DNA of 64,000 bases from Pseudoramibacter sp. GTDB taxonomy: Bacteria > Bacillota > Clostridia > Eubacteriales > Eubacteriaceae. How positions within the stretch are numbered: the first letter of the stretch is position 1; each line of letters opens with the position of its first letter. The DNA lies in the NCBI RefSeq assembly GCF_022484225.1, contig NZ_JAKVLT010000001.1, positions 1,663,406 to 1,727,405 on the forward strand. Direction: 5' to 3'. The position numbers and the translations under genes were made by a program. The notes beneath the pieces are model-generated. The model saw only the letters and a list, made by a program, of their open reading frames with translations, had not been told where the DNA came from and did not search any database. Shown in pieces: positions 46,798 to 56,044 of the stretch.

Positions 46798-47979
46798 TTA
46801 CGCTTCCCGGGACGGCAAACACACAACAGCTTCTGCATTTGTGTGTACAGTGCCATCCTGGCGGGTTGCTTTCATATCTAATTCAACTATATGTTCTTTG
46901 CCATTTGTCAATTTTCCTGTAACAATACCACTTTGAACAGATAGATCACCGTAATATAGCGCGCGTCTGCAATGGCAGTCCAACACTTTTAAAAATCCTT
47001 GATCTCCCATCCAATCACTTATGGTTTTGGCAATGATAGCTTGATTATGAATTCCATAGGCGATCGCACGTTTTGAACCTTCAACTTGTGCAATCAAGTC
47101 TGTCGAATGGCGATCAATGGGATTTCTATAGGCACCGGTTTGAGGATCTATGATGCCATGTGCTTTCCATTTCCGAAGAGATCCCCATTTCGTCGAGAAC
47201 GCATTCGACACCCCAATGGCTGCCATTAGCGATATGCCATCTGATTCGTCATAAGGACCTATCCATTCTTCTGGAATTTTTTCACCAACTTCAACATCTT
47301 CCCAATATCGCGGACTCTCTCCTCTTCTAAAGCGCCCATCAAATTGATCATCTAAATTATGATACAATTGTTCTAATATCTTTTCTGAATAATGCGGCCG
47401 TTCTTCTGCTTTTTTAGGCTCTTTTTCTTTCTTCTGTGCTTGTGGCGAAAGGCATTTAATTATCGTTCTGGCTGTTAACGTTGCAACTCTTTGATCCCGG
47501 TTATTCATCAACGTAATTGCATGCCGCCGTATTAATATTCTGCTTTCAGATTGTTGCCGAGAAATATCTTCAATTCCCAGATATCGATTTTCTGCCCAAA
47601 AAGAATCCTGAGGTCTGATTTGTTCCCATCTTTTCCATTTTGTTCCGGCATCGTATACTTTTATCCCCGGAACAGGCGGATATTTTCCTTTAATAAAAGT
47701 TGAAACGATACAGCTTTCAAAGAGAGGCGGTGCGATAATACCCTGCCATCTGCTTTTATTGGCATAAACTGGATTTGAATAAAGTGGATTTGAATCTCCA
47801 AGTGCTCTTGCAAAACGTCCTATTGTATCTGCTGTCACCATTTCATTATACAGCCCTCCGCCCGAACGGTCGCGGTCATCTTGGCAATAAATTCGATAAA
47901 TCGGCAATATTTTTCCGATTTTTTCATTTTCGCTTTTTATGTAATGATCAATCCTTGATTGCCATTCGCTGTTTTCCAT
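46798..47979 (-). CDS. double hot-dog fold (MaoC-like) dehydratase family protein
   Basis: The N-terminal MaoC_dehydrat_N-like block is TADTIGRFARALGDSNPLY...GIIAPPLF. The C-terminal hot-dog ends ...ELDMKATRQDGTVHTNAEAVV. The start was chosen at M9 (SD GGAGG 6 nt upstream) rather than the track ATG at 48003. Confidence 0.55.
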   Translation of the reverse strand: MENSEWQSRIDHYIKSENEKIGKILPIYRIYCQDDRDRSGGGLYNEMVTADTIGRFARALGDSNPLYSNPVYANKSRWQGIIAPPLFESCIVSTFIKGKYPPVPGIKVYDAGTKWKRWEQIRPQDSFWAENRYLGIEDISRQQSESRILIRRHAITLMNNRDQRVATLTARTIIKCLSPQAQKKEKEPKKAEERPHYSEKILEQLYHNLDDQFDGRFRRGESPRYWEDVEVGEKIPEEWIGPYDESDGISLMAAIGVSNAFSTKWGSLRKWKAHGIIDPQTGAYRNPIDRHSTDLIAQVEGSKRAIAYGIHNQAIIAKTISDWMGDQGFLKVLDCHCRRALYYGDLSVQSGIVTGKLTNGKEHIVELDMKATRQDGTVHTNAEAVVCLPSREA

Positions 47980-48096
47980 ATATGCCTCCAAACAATCAGT
48001 CATATTTGTTTAGTATTTTGCCAATTTATAATACAAACTATAATTTTTTTTATGCTATAATAAATCAAAGTTTTTTTCAAGATTTTAGGAGACATT

Positions 48097-48894
48097 ATGA
48101 CTGAAAAAAAATTATTAGATTCACCAAATAGCGAAAAAAATCCTTCTCGCAAAACACCAAACATTCAAACCAAACTACGTCATCAAATCCTCCATATGCC
48201 TGAAATCATTCAAGAGGCAAGCGGCATTCGCATATACGGAAGAACGATCAAAAGCATTATTTTTACAACTGATTTAGCCATAATAAAAAATTGTGATGCG
48301 GACGCTGTCTTTGCTGTCTATCCCTTCACTCCCCAACAATCGATTAGCGATGCCATTATTAAAGCCTCAAGCATCCCTGTTTTTTGTGGCTGCGGAGGCG
48401 GGACAACCAGAGGACTGCGCACCATTTCTCTTGCAAAAGATGTTGAATGCCAAGGCGCTTTTGGCGTTGTCCTCAATTCTCCGATAACGAATGCCAATTT
48501 AAAGGCTGTATCATCATCTATTGATATTCCAACAATTATCACCGTTGTCAGCCCGAAAACAAATATTGAAGCCCGTATCAATGCAGGCGCTGCAATATTA
48601 AATGTTGCTGGTGGAAAAAACACCAGAAATATCGTGAGCAGAATCAGGGAAACGCATCCTGACATTCCTATCATTGCTACAGGCGGCAATACGAAATCAG
48701 ATATCCTTTCTACTATCGATGCAGGTGCCAATGCTGTAACCATTACGCCGCCCAGTACTGCTGATCTATTCACTGAAATGATGAATAATTATCGCGAAAA
48801 TGCGGATCAATATTTACATAATGACGACAAAGGATTTGCCCAGCTCGTTTATGAATACGTCTCAAAAGCTCATTCAGACCGACATCATTCATAA
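48097..48894 (+). CDS. uncharacterised TIM-barrel-like protein (phosphate-binding barrel pattern)
   Basis: 265 aa with alternating beta/alpha pattern and a terminal IIATGGNTKSDILSTIDAGANAVTITPPS (phosphate-binding GG loop style). I am not confident of any family. SD AGGAG is upstream. Confidence 0.4.
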   Translation: MTEKKLLDSPNSEKNPSRKTPNIQTKLRHQILHMPEIIQEASGIRIYGRTIKSIIFTTDLAIIKNCDADAVFAVYPFTPQQSISDAIIKASSIPVFCGCGGGTTRGLRTISLAKDVECQGAFGVVLNSPITNANLKAVSSSIDIPTIITVVSPKTNIEARINAGAAILNVAGGKNTRNIVSRIRETHPDIPIIATGGNTKSDILSTIDAGANAVTITPPSTADLFTEMMNNYRENADQYLHNDDKGFAQLVYEYVSKAHSDRHHS

Positions 48895-48904
48895 TAAATA
48901 AAAG

Positions 48905-48941
48905 AAAACGTGGCTGCTTAAAAAAGCTGCCACGTTTTTTT
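48905..48941. terminator. bidirectional terminator between the TIM-barrel gene and the HIT gene
   Basis: AAAACGTGGCTGC-ttaaaaaa-GCTGCCACGTTTTTTT (one internal mismatch). Confidence 0.7.
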
Positions 48942-48966
48942 GTTAATTATACACATACTCCAAAAA

Positions 48967-49311
48967 TCAGCCTGGAGGCCACTTCATGCTGCGGCCCGCC
49001 AAAAAATGGAAATGCAGGTGCGGAACCGTTTGACCGCCGTCCTGTCCACAATTGTTGACTACACGAAATCCATCTTCTGCAACTCCCATTTTTATAGCTA
49101 ACCGGCTAATGACAGTTTGAACTTTTCCCATAATAGGATCTCCGGCAGGAACCGCTAAAATGGAATCGTAATGCTGTTTTGGAATTATGACAAGATGAAT
49201 AGGTGCCTGAGGATCAATATCTTTAAATACTAAAATATCATCGTCCTCATAGACCTTGTCTGACGGCACTTCACCGTCGACAATTTTGCAGAAAAGACAT
49301 TCTTCTGCCAC
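48967..49311 (-). CDS. HIT-family (Hint-like) nucleotide hydrolase
   Basis: CLFCKI...DINPQAPIHLVIIPKQH...GGQTVPHLHFHFL is the histidine triad. Confidence 0.9.
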   Translation of the reverse strand: MAEECLFCKIVDGEVPSDKVYEDDDILVFKDIDPQAPIHLVIIPKQHYDSILAVPAGDPIMGKVQTVISRLAIKMGVAEDGFRVVNNCGQDGGQTVPHLHFHFLAGRSMKWPPG

Positions 49312-49331
49312 AATTGTTCTCCTTTCTATTC

Positions 49332-50639
49332 TTATATTTCAGTGCCTCTCATAAGATCACTGCCTTGTTTATAGTGTACCACAATTTCTTTAATTTTACC
49401 CAAGCTCTTTGAATCTGCCGGCATCTCTACGGGAATATAATTCGGCGTATGCCCTGTCATTTGTCCATTCTCGTGAATTTGCTCAAATAATACAGGCTGC
49501 ACTCTCCGGTCGTTTTTTAATAAAAAGTTCTCTTCCTGAATTTTCGACAAGGCAATCAGTTCCTGGCTTCTTTGATGCTGCACCTCCGGAGCAACCTGAT
49601 CTGGAAAATCATAGGCCGGCGTTCCCTTTCTGCGAGAGTATTTAAAAACATGAATCTTATAAAAATCAATTTTTTGAAGCGTTTCTTTTGTTTGACGAAA
49701 TTCTTCATCTGTCTCCCCTGGGAAACCAACGATAATATCCGTTGTTAATGCAGGCAGTGTAAAATAATGCCGGATATAACCGACAATCTTTTGAAATTGT
49801 TCAATAGTATATTTTCTATTCATCCGTTTTAAAGTCGCATCACAGCCGCTTTGAAGAGAAAGATGAAATTGCGGACAAATACCTGGAATTGCAGCTAATT
49901 TTTTAACAAATGCTTCAGTCATCAATAAAGGTTCAATTGAACCCAAGCGAATCCTTTCCACACCTTCTATTTTCGATACCGCTTCCAACAGTGTCAGCAA
50001 ATTGATGTCTTCAGAAAAATCTTTTCCATAAGAAGCAATATGAATGCCGGAAAAGACAAATTCGCGATATCCATCTTCAGCTAATTTTTTTACTTCCTGA
50101 CATACAGAATGCACTGAACGGCTGCGCACTGGCCCCCTGGCATAGGGAATAATGCAATATGAGCAAAACTGATTGCATCCGTCCTGGACTTTTATAAAAG
50201 CCCGTGTATGATGACGTTGTTCAGCAATCGGCATGTTTTCAAATGTTCGGTTATCCCAGATATTTTCAACATAACTTTCCCGATGATGATCATTCAAAAA
50301 TTTTTCAACCTCATCAACTATTTTACTGCGATGTGTCGTACCCAAAATAATGTCAACTTCATCAACTTCTGCAACTTCATCCGGAGCAACTTGTGCGTAA
50401 CAGCCCGTAGCTACAATAACGGCATTTGGATTTTTCCGTTTTGCCCTGCGCAGAATCTGCCGGCTTTTTCGATCTCCTAAATGCGTTACTGTACAAGTAT
50501 TAATCACATAAATATCTGCTGTGTCATCAAAATCAACAATTTGATACCCTGCCTTTTGAAAAAGTGCACACATGGATTCTGTATCAAAATCGTTGACTTT
50601 ACATCCTAAATTATAAAAAGCAACTTTCTTTTTTTCCAT
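49332..50639 (-). CDS. mtaB: tRNA t6A37 methylthiotransferase MtaB (radical SAM)
   Basis: 435 aa with UPF0004 N-terminal Cys residues (NLGCKVN, NTCTVT, GCYAQ), the radical SAM motif CNQFCSYCIIP and a TRAM-like C-terminus. Confidence 0.85.
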   Translation of the reverse strand: MEKKKVAFYNLGCKVNDFDTESMCALFQKAGYQIVDFDDTADIYVINTCTVTHLGDRKSRQILRRAKRKNPNAVIVATGCYAQVAPDEVAEVDEVDIILGTTHRSKIVDEVEKFLNDHHRESYVENIWDNRTFENMPIAEQRHHTRAFIKVQDGCNQFCSYCIIPYARGPVRSRSVHSVCQEVKKLAEDGYREFVFSGIHIASYGKDFSEDINLLTLLEAVSKIEGVERIRLGSIEPLLMTEAFVKKLAAIPGICPQFHLSLQSGCDATLKRMNRKYTIEQFQKIVGYIRHYFTLPALTTDIIVGFPGETDEEFRQTKETLQKIDFYKIHVFKYSRRKGTPAYDFPDQVAPEVQHQRSQELIALSKIQEENFLLKNDRRVQPVLFEQIHENGQMTGHTPNYIPVEMPADSKSLGKIKEIVVHYKQGSDLMRGTEI

Positions 50640-50648
50640 ATTTTCCTT

Positions 50649-51380
50649 TTATTCTAATACAAAATTAAGCTGTGAACAAAAAACAATACCCGCTGTTTCT
50701 GTTCTTAATATTCTTTTGCCTAATGTGACACATTCAACGCCATTGTTTTTCAATGCTTCAATCTCATCCTTAGAGAATCCGCCTTCCGGGCCAACAAATA
50801 AATTGATTTGCGCTTTATGCCCCTGCCATTTATTAACAGCTTCTTTTAACGTGGTTCTCTGCTCATTCTCATATGCGACAAGACTTGTTCCTTCCAGACG
50901 ATTAACAGACGACAAATGCACAGGATGATGAATCCTTGGGATCATCCCCCGTTTAGATTGCTGAGCAGCGGCTTTCGCAATTTTCTGCCATCTTTCAATT
51001 TTTTTATCAGCTGCCTTCTCATTTAAGTGAACCACGCAAAACTTCGAATCAAAAGGAACAAAATCACAAACGCCTAATTCTGTCCCCTTTTGAATGATAT
51101 CATCCATTTTTTTGCCTTTTGCCAACCCCTGAAAAAGCACTAATCGGTAAGGCAGTTCTCCCTTAGAGGGATATGTATCTAATATTTTTGCAATTATTAT
51201 TTTTTTAGAAGATATCTTTTCTTGGATACAGCATAAATAATCTTTCCCTGAGCCGCCGCAGATTTCAAAATTTTCCTGTTCTCTAACGCGCAGAACATCG
51301 ACCAAATGGTGATAGTTTTCGCCGCTGATTTCAATTTCACGATCTTGTACTTGATCAGGCGTCACAAAAAAACGATGCAT
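50649..51380 (-). CDS. rsmE: 16S rRNA (uracil1498-N3)-methyltransferase RsmE
   Basis: MHRFFV...HHLVDVLRV...FVGPEGGFSKDEI...LGKRILRTETA. Confidence 0.9.
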   Translation of the reverse strand: MHRFFVTPDQVQDREIEISGENYHHLVDVLRVREQENFEICGGSGKDYLCCIQEKISSKKIIIAKILDTYPSKGELPYRLVLFQGLAKGKKMDDIIQKGTELGVCDFVPFDSKFCVVHLNEKAADKKIERWQKIAKAAAQQSKRGMIPRIHHPVHLSSVNRLEGTSLVAYENEQRTTLKEAVNKWQGHKAQINLFVGPEGGFSKDEIEALKNNGVECVTLGKRILRTETAGIVFCSQLNFVLE

Positions 51381-52327
51381 TATTTTTCCTTTTTCTTAGC
51401 AATTATGGAATACCATTCTCCTTGATTGTCTACCTCAAGAATTTCAAAATTATTTTGAATTAATTGAGCTTTGACATCGTCGACATATTTTTCAATAATC
51501 CCCGAGGCAATAAAAATTCCGTCATTTTTTAAATAAGAACGAATCGACTGAATCAAACGAATAATCACTTCTGCCAAAATATTGGATACAATGAGATCTG
51601 CTTTTTTATCCTTTGGAATAACTTCAAGCAAATCACCTTTTTTTATTTCAATTTTATCCTGCAAATCATTGAGTTTGACATCCGCATTGGCTGCGTCAAC
51701 TGCAACGGGATCCATATCCACGCCTATTACTTTCTTTGCACCTAACTTCGCTGCAATAATCGAAAGTATTCCCGAACCGCATCCCACATCATAGACATAA
51801 TCAGAGGGTTGAACATATCGATCCAAAGCACGCGTGCATAATTGTGTCGTTTCATGGGTTCCTGTTCCAAATGCCATTCCGGGATCCATTTTCACTACAA
51901 CCTCATCTTCGGAAGGCTGATAGTTTTCCCAAACCGGCACAATGACAACCCGTTCTCCGATTTTTGTGGGTTTATAAAATGTCTGCCAGGCCGTTGCCCA
52001 GTCTTCTTCTTTTACTGGGAAACTATTGATTGTATAGTTCCCAGGATCTAAGCCATAATCGCTGAGATGTGCTATTTTTGACTGAATGGTTTGAAATTTT
52101 TCATCAAAATCACAGTCATCCGGCAAATATCCTGTAATTTTTGAAATATCAGGGTCCGTATTTAATATTTTTTCATCAAAATAATTAATCGTCGGATCGT
52201 CCTGAACCGCGATCAAATTATCAACTGATTCAACAGAAGTCCCTTTGATGCCAGATTCATATAAAATATTGTTTACTGCCTCCTCGGCTTCCCGCTTAAC
52301 AATAATTTCAATGCCTTTCCAATCCAT
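51380..52327 (-). CDS. prmA: ribosomal protein L11 methyltransferase PrmA
   Basis: MDWKGIEI...DPGMAFGTGTHETT...DVGCGSGILSI. ATG at 52327 has SD AAAGGA, and the TTG-extended track start was rejected. The stop overlaps the rsmE start (TAATG). Confidence 0.9.
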   Translation of the reverse strand: MDWKGIEIIVKREAEEAVNNILYESGIKGTSVESVDNLIAVQDDPTINYFDEKILNTDPDISKITGYLPDDCDFDEKFQTIQSKIAHLSDYGLDPGNYTINSFPVKEEDWATAWQTFYKPTKIGERVVIVPVWENYQPSEDEVVVKMDPGMAFGTGTHETTQLCTRALDRYVQPSDYVYDVGCGSGILSIIAAKLGAKKVIGVDMDPVAVDAANADVKLNDLQDKIEIKKGDLLEVIPKDKKADLIVSNILAEVIIRLIQSIRSYLKNDGIFIASGIIEKYVDDVKAQLIQNNFEILEVDNQGEWYSIIAKKKEK

Positions 52328-52469
52328 AAATAATTTTCCTTTCAATTGAATGATATAATTTTAAAACTTGAGTATTTTGTCTTTTTCCCACAAAAAAATG
52401 TTATTCCATTTTATTTTACAATAAATATGGTAGAATAAAAGTAATCATTAATCAACAAGGAGAACTGAT

Positions 52470-52838
52470 ATGCCAAGTTTAGATAAAGACAGAGAAGGGA
52501 TCTCTCGTTCTATCCAGGAATACGTCCCTGGTAAACAAGTCACTCTAGCCCATGTCATTGCAAACCCAAAGCATGATGTTTACGTTAAATTAGGGCTTGA
52601 ATCCGATCGGGATGATGCCATCGGAATTTTAACAATTACACCCAGTGAAGCTGCTATTATTTCGGCTGATGTTGGGACAAAAGCAGCTGATGTCCAAATT
52701 GGATTTTTAGACCGATTCAGCGGTTCTCTGGTCATCACAGGAAAGATCAGCGATGTGAATTCTTCTGTTCGGGAAATCATCAATTTTTTGCGCAATACGC
52801 TTGGTTTTGATGTTCCAGATCATATCACTCACTCCTAA
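52470..52838 (+). CDS. eutS: circularly permuted BMC-domain shell protein (EutS/PduU family)
   Basis: 122 aa. [20 protein letters not shown]...[42 protein letters not shown] aligns almost block-for-block with E. coli EutS as I recall it ([20 protein letters not shown]...[14 protein letters not shown]). SD AAGGAG is upstream. Confidence 0.85.
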   Translation: MPSLDKDREGISRSIQEYVPGKQVTLAHVIANPKHDVYVKLGLESDRDDAIGILTITPSEAAIISADVGTKAADVQIGFLDRFSGSLVITGKISDVNSSVREIINFLRNTLGFDVPDHITHS

Positions 52839-52841
52839 AAT

Positions 52842-53315
52842 ATGGCTAGCAATAAAAATCGTGTCGCACTGATGGGGCGCATCAGAAGCGGCAAAACGAC
52901 CTTAATGCAGGCTTTGCAGAAGAAAGAACTTGTTTATGCAAAAACACAGCAAGTGACATATTCAGATAATTTTATTGATACCCCTGGCGAGTTTATAGAA
53001 ATGTCTATTTTCGCTCATCAAGCGGTTTCTGTATCTCTTGATGCATCATTGATTATTATGGTAAGCTCTTGTATAGATACGCAAAATTCCATCAGGCCAA
53101 ATTTTATCACCATGTTTAACCTTCCGGCCATTGGTGTGGTCACAAAAATTGACCGTGAAGACGGAAATCGCCTGAGAAGCCGCCATTATCTTCAGTATGC
53201 CGGTATCCCGGATAATAAAATATTCGAGGTTTCTTCTTATTCGGGCCAAGGGTTAGAAACATTGTCTAAAGAAATTCATAAATATGTCAACCGTGACGGT
53301 CAATCCTTTTCTTAA
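52842..53315 (+). CDS. eutP: EutP/PduV-family small GTPase
   Basis: 157 aa. RVALMGRIRSGKTTLMQAL...KTQQVTY...IDTPGEF...VVTKID resembles E. coli EutP as I recall it (IAFVGSVGAGKTTLFNAL...KTQAVEF...IDTPGEY...ISKTD). It starts 3 nt after the eutS stop. Confidence 0.8.
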   Translation: MASNKNRVALMGRIRSGKTTLMQALQKKELVYAKTQQVTYSDNFIDTPGEFIEMSIFAHQAVSVSLDASLIIMVSSCIDTQNSIRPNFITMFNLPAIGVVTKIDREDGNRLRSRHYLQYAGIPDNKIFEVSSYSGQGLETLSKEIHKYVNRDGQSFS

Positions 53316-53351
53316 ATATCTGTCAATTCTGTTAATGTTAATAATGATAAG

Positions 53352-53386
53352 TAAACCGCAATCTATTAGATTGCGGTTTTTATTTT
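53352..53386. terminator. bidirectional terminator (eutP / flavodoxin convergent pair)
   Basis: AAACCGCAATCT-att-AGATTGCGGTTT followed by TTATTTTT. Confidence 0.8.
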
Positions 53387-53393
53387 TAAGATT

Positions 53394-53867
53394 TTACATT
53401 GTGCGAATCCACGTATCGATCTCATCCTGAAAAGCAGTATCAGCGAAACGTTTTGCTGCAACCAACACGCTGCCCGGAGCGGATGATTTCAACTTTTCCC
53501 AAACGCCGTCAATTCCGCTGGAGCCAGAAGTTGCAAAAAGAGCAATCTGTTTTCCCTTCCAATCTGCTTTTTCAAAAAATGTATTCACGATTTTCGGCGC
53601 CTGATACCACCAAATGGGAAATCCTACATATATACGGTCATAATTCTTAAGATCCGGAACCTGCCCCTGCATAGACGGTCTGGATGACTGATCCTGCATT
53701 TCAACAGATGACCGGCTCTGATCATTTTTCCAATCTAGATCTTCCGCAGAATACGGAACTTCCGGCTTGATTTCAAAAACATCCGATTTCGTAGTCTTGG
53801 CAATCATTTCTGCAATTTTTCTGGTCTTTCCTGTTGCGCTGAAAAAAGCAACTAATGTCTTCATCAC
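53394..53867 (-). CDS. flavodoxin-family protein
   Basis: MMKTLVAFFSATGKTRKIAEMIA (FMN phosphate loop) ...GFPIWWYQAP...ALFATSGSSG. Confidence 0.8.
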   Translation of the reverse strand: MMKTLVAFFSATGKTRKIAEMIAKTTKSDVFEIKPEVPYSAEDLDWKNDQSRSSVEMQDQSSRPSMQGQVPDLKNYDRIYVGFPIWWYQAPKIVNTFFEKADWKGKQIALFATSGSSGIDGVWEKLKSSAPGSVLVAAKRFADTAFQDEIDTWIRTM

Positions 53868-53877
53868 AATTCTCCTT

Positions 53878-54798
53878 TTACCATTCTTGAGTATTTAAAT
53901 AGCGTTCAACTGAAGCAACGGCATTTGCGCCATCGCCCACTGCCGTTGCAACCTGACGCACTTCCTTTGTCCGAACATCTCCTGCAGCAAAAAATCCCGG
54001 TGCAGAGGTTCTGCAGTCTTCACCAGCAACGATATATCCATTATTATCAAGGGCACATATCTGTTCATACCCTTTGGTGTTTGGAACAATGCCAACTGCC
54101 ACAAATACACCGGAAACATCGATAGTCTTTTCTGCATCAGTTAACTTATCGTGTACCAATAAACCACTTGTTTTTCCATCTTTGCCGACAACTTCAACCG
54201 GCGTATGATGCCACACCATTTCAACGTTGTCAAATTCAAACAATTTATCTTGCAGCGCTTTTTGGGCCCGAAGCTGATCCCGGCGATGAACGACATAAAC
54301 TTTTTGGCATGTACGTGCCAAAAAAATGGCATCTTCAATCGCAACATTGCCGCCCCCAATTACAGCGACATCTTTATTTTTATAAAATGCGCCGTCACAG
54401 GTTGCACAATAAGAAACCCCTTTCCCAGCATATTCCGCTTCACCAGGAATACCCAGAGAACGATGATGGGCCCCTGTTGCGAAAAGAACGGCCTTCGAAA
54501 GCAATGTTTCTTCGGGTGTCTTTACCTTTTTTGTTTCACCCAGATCTTCTACACTTTGCACTTCCGCTGTCTTGAATTCAACGCCAAGCTGATCAGCATG
54601 TTCTCTCATTTTTTGAGCCAAATCAAAACCATTAATGCCCATCAGTCCAGGGTAATTATCCACTTCATAAGTATCAATAATCTGACCGCCGCTCATAAAA
54701 TTGCGTTCAATCACTAAGGCCTTCAGCCCTGCGCGTTCTGCATAAATCCCTGCAGTAAGTCCTGCAGGTCCTGATCCAATAATAATTAAATCGTACAT
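53878..54798 (-). CDS. trxB: thioredoxin-disulfide reductase
   Basis: IIGSGPAG...CATCDG...VIGGGNVAIEDA...GDV. Confidence 0.9.
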   Translation of the reverse strand: MYDLIIIGSGPAGLTAGIYAERAGLKALVIERNFMSGGQIIDTYEVDNYPGLMGINGFDLAQKMREHADQLGVEFKTAEVQSVEDLGETKKVKTPEETLLSKAVLFATGAHHRSLGIPGEAEYAGKGVSYCATCDGAFYKNKDVAVIGGGNVAIEDAIFLARTCQKVYVVHRRDQLRAQKALQDKLFEFDNVEMVWHHTPVEVVGKDGKTSGLLVHDKLTDAEKTIDVSGVFVAVGIVPNTKGYEQICALDNNGYIVAGEDCRTSAPGFFAAGDVRTKEVRQVATAVGDGANAVASVERYLNTQEW

Positions 54799-54817
54799 CT
54801 TCTCTTACCTCTGGAAA

Positions 54818-56023
54818 TCAATCCATCATACTTTCAATTTCATCCACTTTTTTGGGAATTTCTTTTGAAAGGACCACAGGTCCCTCTTCCGTAATTAATA
54901 TATCATCTTCTATACGAACACCCATTCCTCTGTCTGCCATATAGAGTCCGGGTTCACAAGTAATTACCATACCCGGCTGTAAATCGATTCTGCGGTTTTC
55001 TCCGCAAAGATCATGTGTGTCCAGTCCCAAAGAATGTCCGATCCCATGATAATAATAATCATCAATGGTTTTATTCGGATCAAAAAGTCCAGTTTCAGAA
55101 CCATAATAGCCCAGCCATTTTTTTGAGATTTCCTGAACTTCTTTCATATTCCGACCGGACTGGTAATAAGGAATGATTTTTTCCTGTGCCTGAAGGACTG
55201 CTTCATATAAAGCGCGCTGTTCTTTTGTAAAATGTCCGCCAACAGGAAATGTCCGGCTGATATCTGAACAATAACCGTGATAGCGCGCTCCCAGGTCAAA
55301 AAGGATCATTGTTTGGTCACGCATTTTCTTGCGATTTGTCATATAATGAAGAATTGGCGCATCTTCGCCTGAAACGGCTATCGTGTCAAATGCCGTTTCT
55401 TCTGCACCATGATCAAAAATCGTTGATTCAAAAACGTTTTGCGCCTGGTATTCATAATCCCCTGGACGCAGGTGAGCCAATATTTGATCAATTCCCAAAT
55501 GCGTTATATGAATCGCATGGCGGATTAATGCAATTTCTTCATCTGATTTAATTAATCTTAACTGGGATAACCATGGTGACAAAGGATGTTTTTCCTTAAA
55601 ACCGTAATCTTGTTTCTGATGATCTGGTATCGTATCATCTTCAAAATAATCAAGCGTTTTACATTGATCAATAAAATGCTCAAATGCTTCAAGATAACGA
55701 ATATCTTCTATTCCTGATTTTTCGTGAGCTTTTTCTATTGTCATGTACCGGCCGAACCATTTTTCTTTAAATGGATCTGGCTTGCGAATAAAAAGGGTGC
55801 ATTTACTTTGGGACTGTGTTTTGATTAAAGCCAAAATCCCCTCCGGTTCTGACAAACCCGTCAAATAAAAGAAATTGTTATTGACATAGAACCGATAATT
55901 TTCATCTAAAGATTTAACGACTTCTTTGCCCGCTGCAACAATTGCCACACTTTGTTCCGGCATTTGCTGCAATAAGGCTTCTCTTTTTTTCTGATAAAAT
56001 TTTGATGTTAATGCTTGTGTCAT
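54818..56023 (-). CDS. pepP: Xaa-Pro aminopeptidase (M24B)
   Basis: The metal ligands are in FDLGARYHGYCSDISRT, HGIGHSLGLDTHD, EPGLY and RIEDD. The start is at ATG 56023 (SD AAAGAGG), and the TTG extension was rejected. Confidence 0.85.
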   Translation of the reverse strand: MTQALTSKFYQKKREALLQQMPEQSVAIVAAGKEVVKSLDENYRFYVNNNFFYLTGLSEPEGILALIKTQSQSKCTLFIRKPDPFKEKWFGRYMTIEKAHEKSGIEDIRYLEAFEHFIDQCKTLDYFEDDTIPDHQKQDYGFKEKHPLSPWLSQLRLIKSDEEIALIRHAIHITHLGIDQILAHLRPGDYEYQAQNVFESTIFDHGAEETAFDTIAVSGEDAPILHYMTNRKKMRDQTMILFDLGARYHGYCSDISRTFPVGGHFTKEQRALYEAVLQAQEKIIPYYQSGRNMKEVQEISKKWLGYYGSETGLFDPNKTIDDYYYHGIGHSLGLDTHDLCGENRRIDLQPGMVITCEPGLYMADRGMGVRIEDDILITEEGPVVLSKEIPKKVDEIESMMD

Positions 56024-56044
56024 TTTCTGCCTCTTTACCAAATC

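Noticed and set aside
52346-53393. A complete bacterial microcompartment locus.
   Set aside because: Only eutS-like and eutP-like genes are present between clear operon boundaries. The neighbours are prmA, flavodoxin and trxB.
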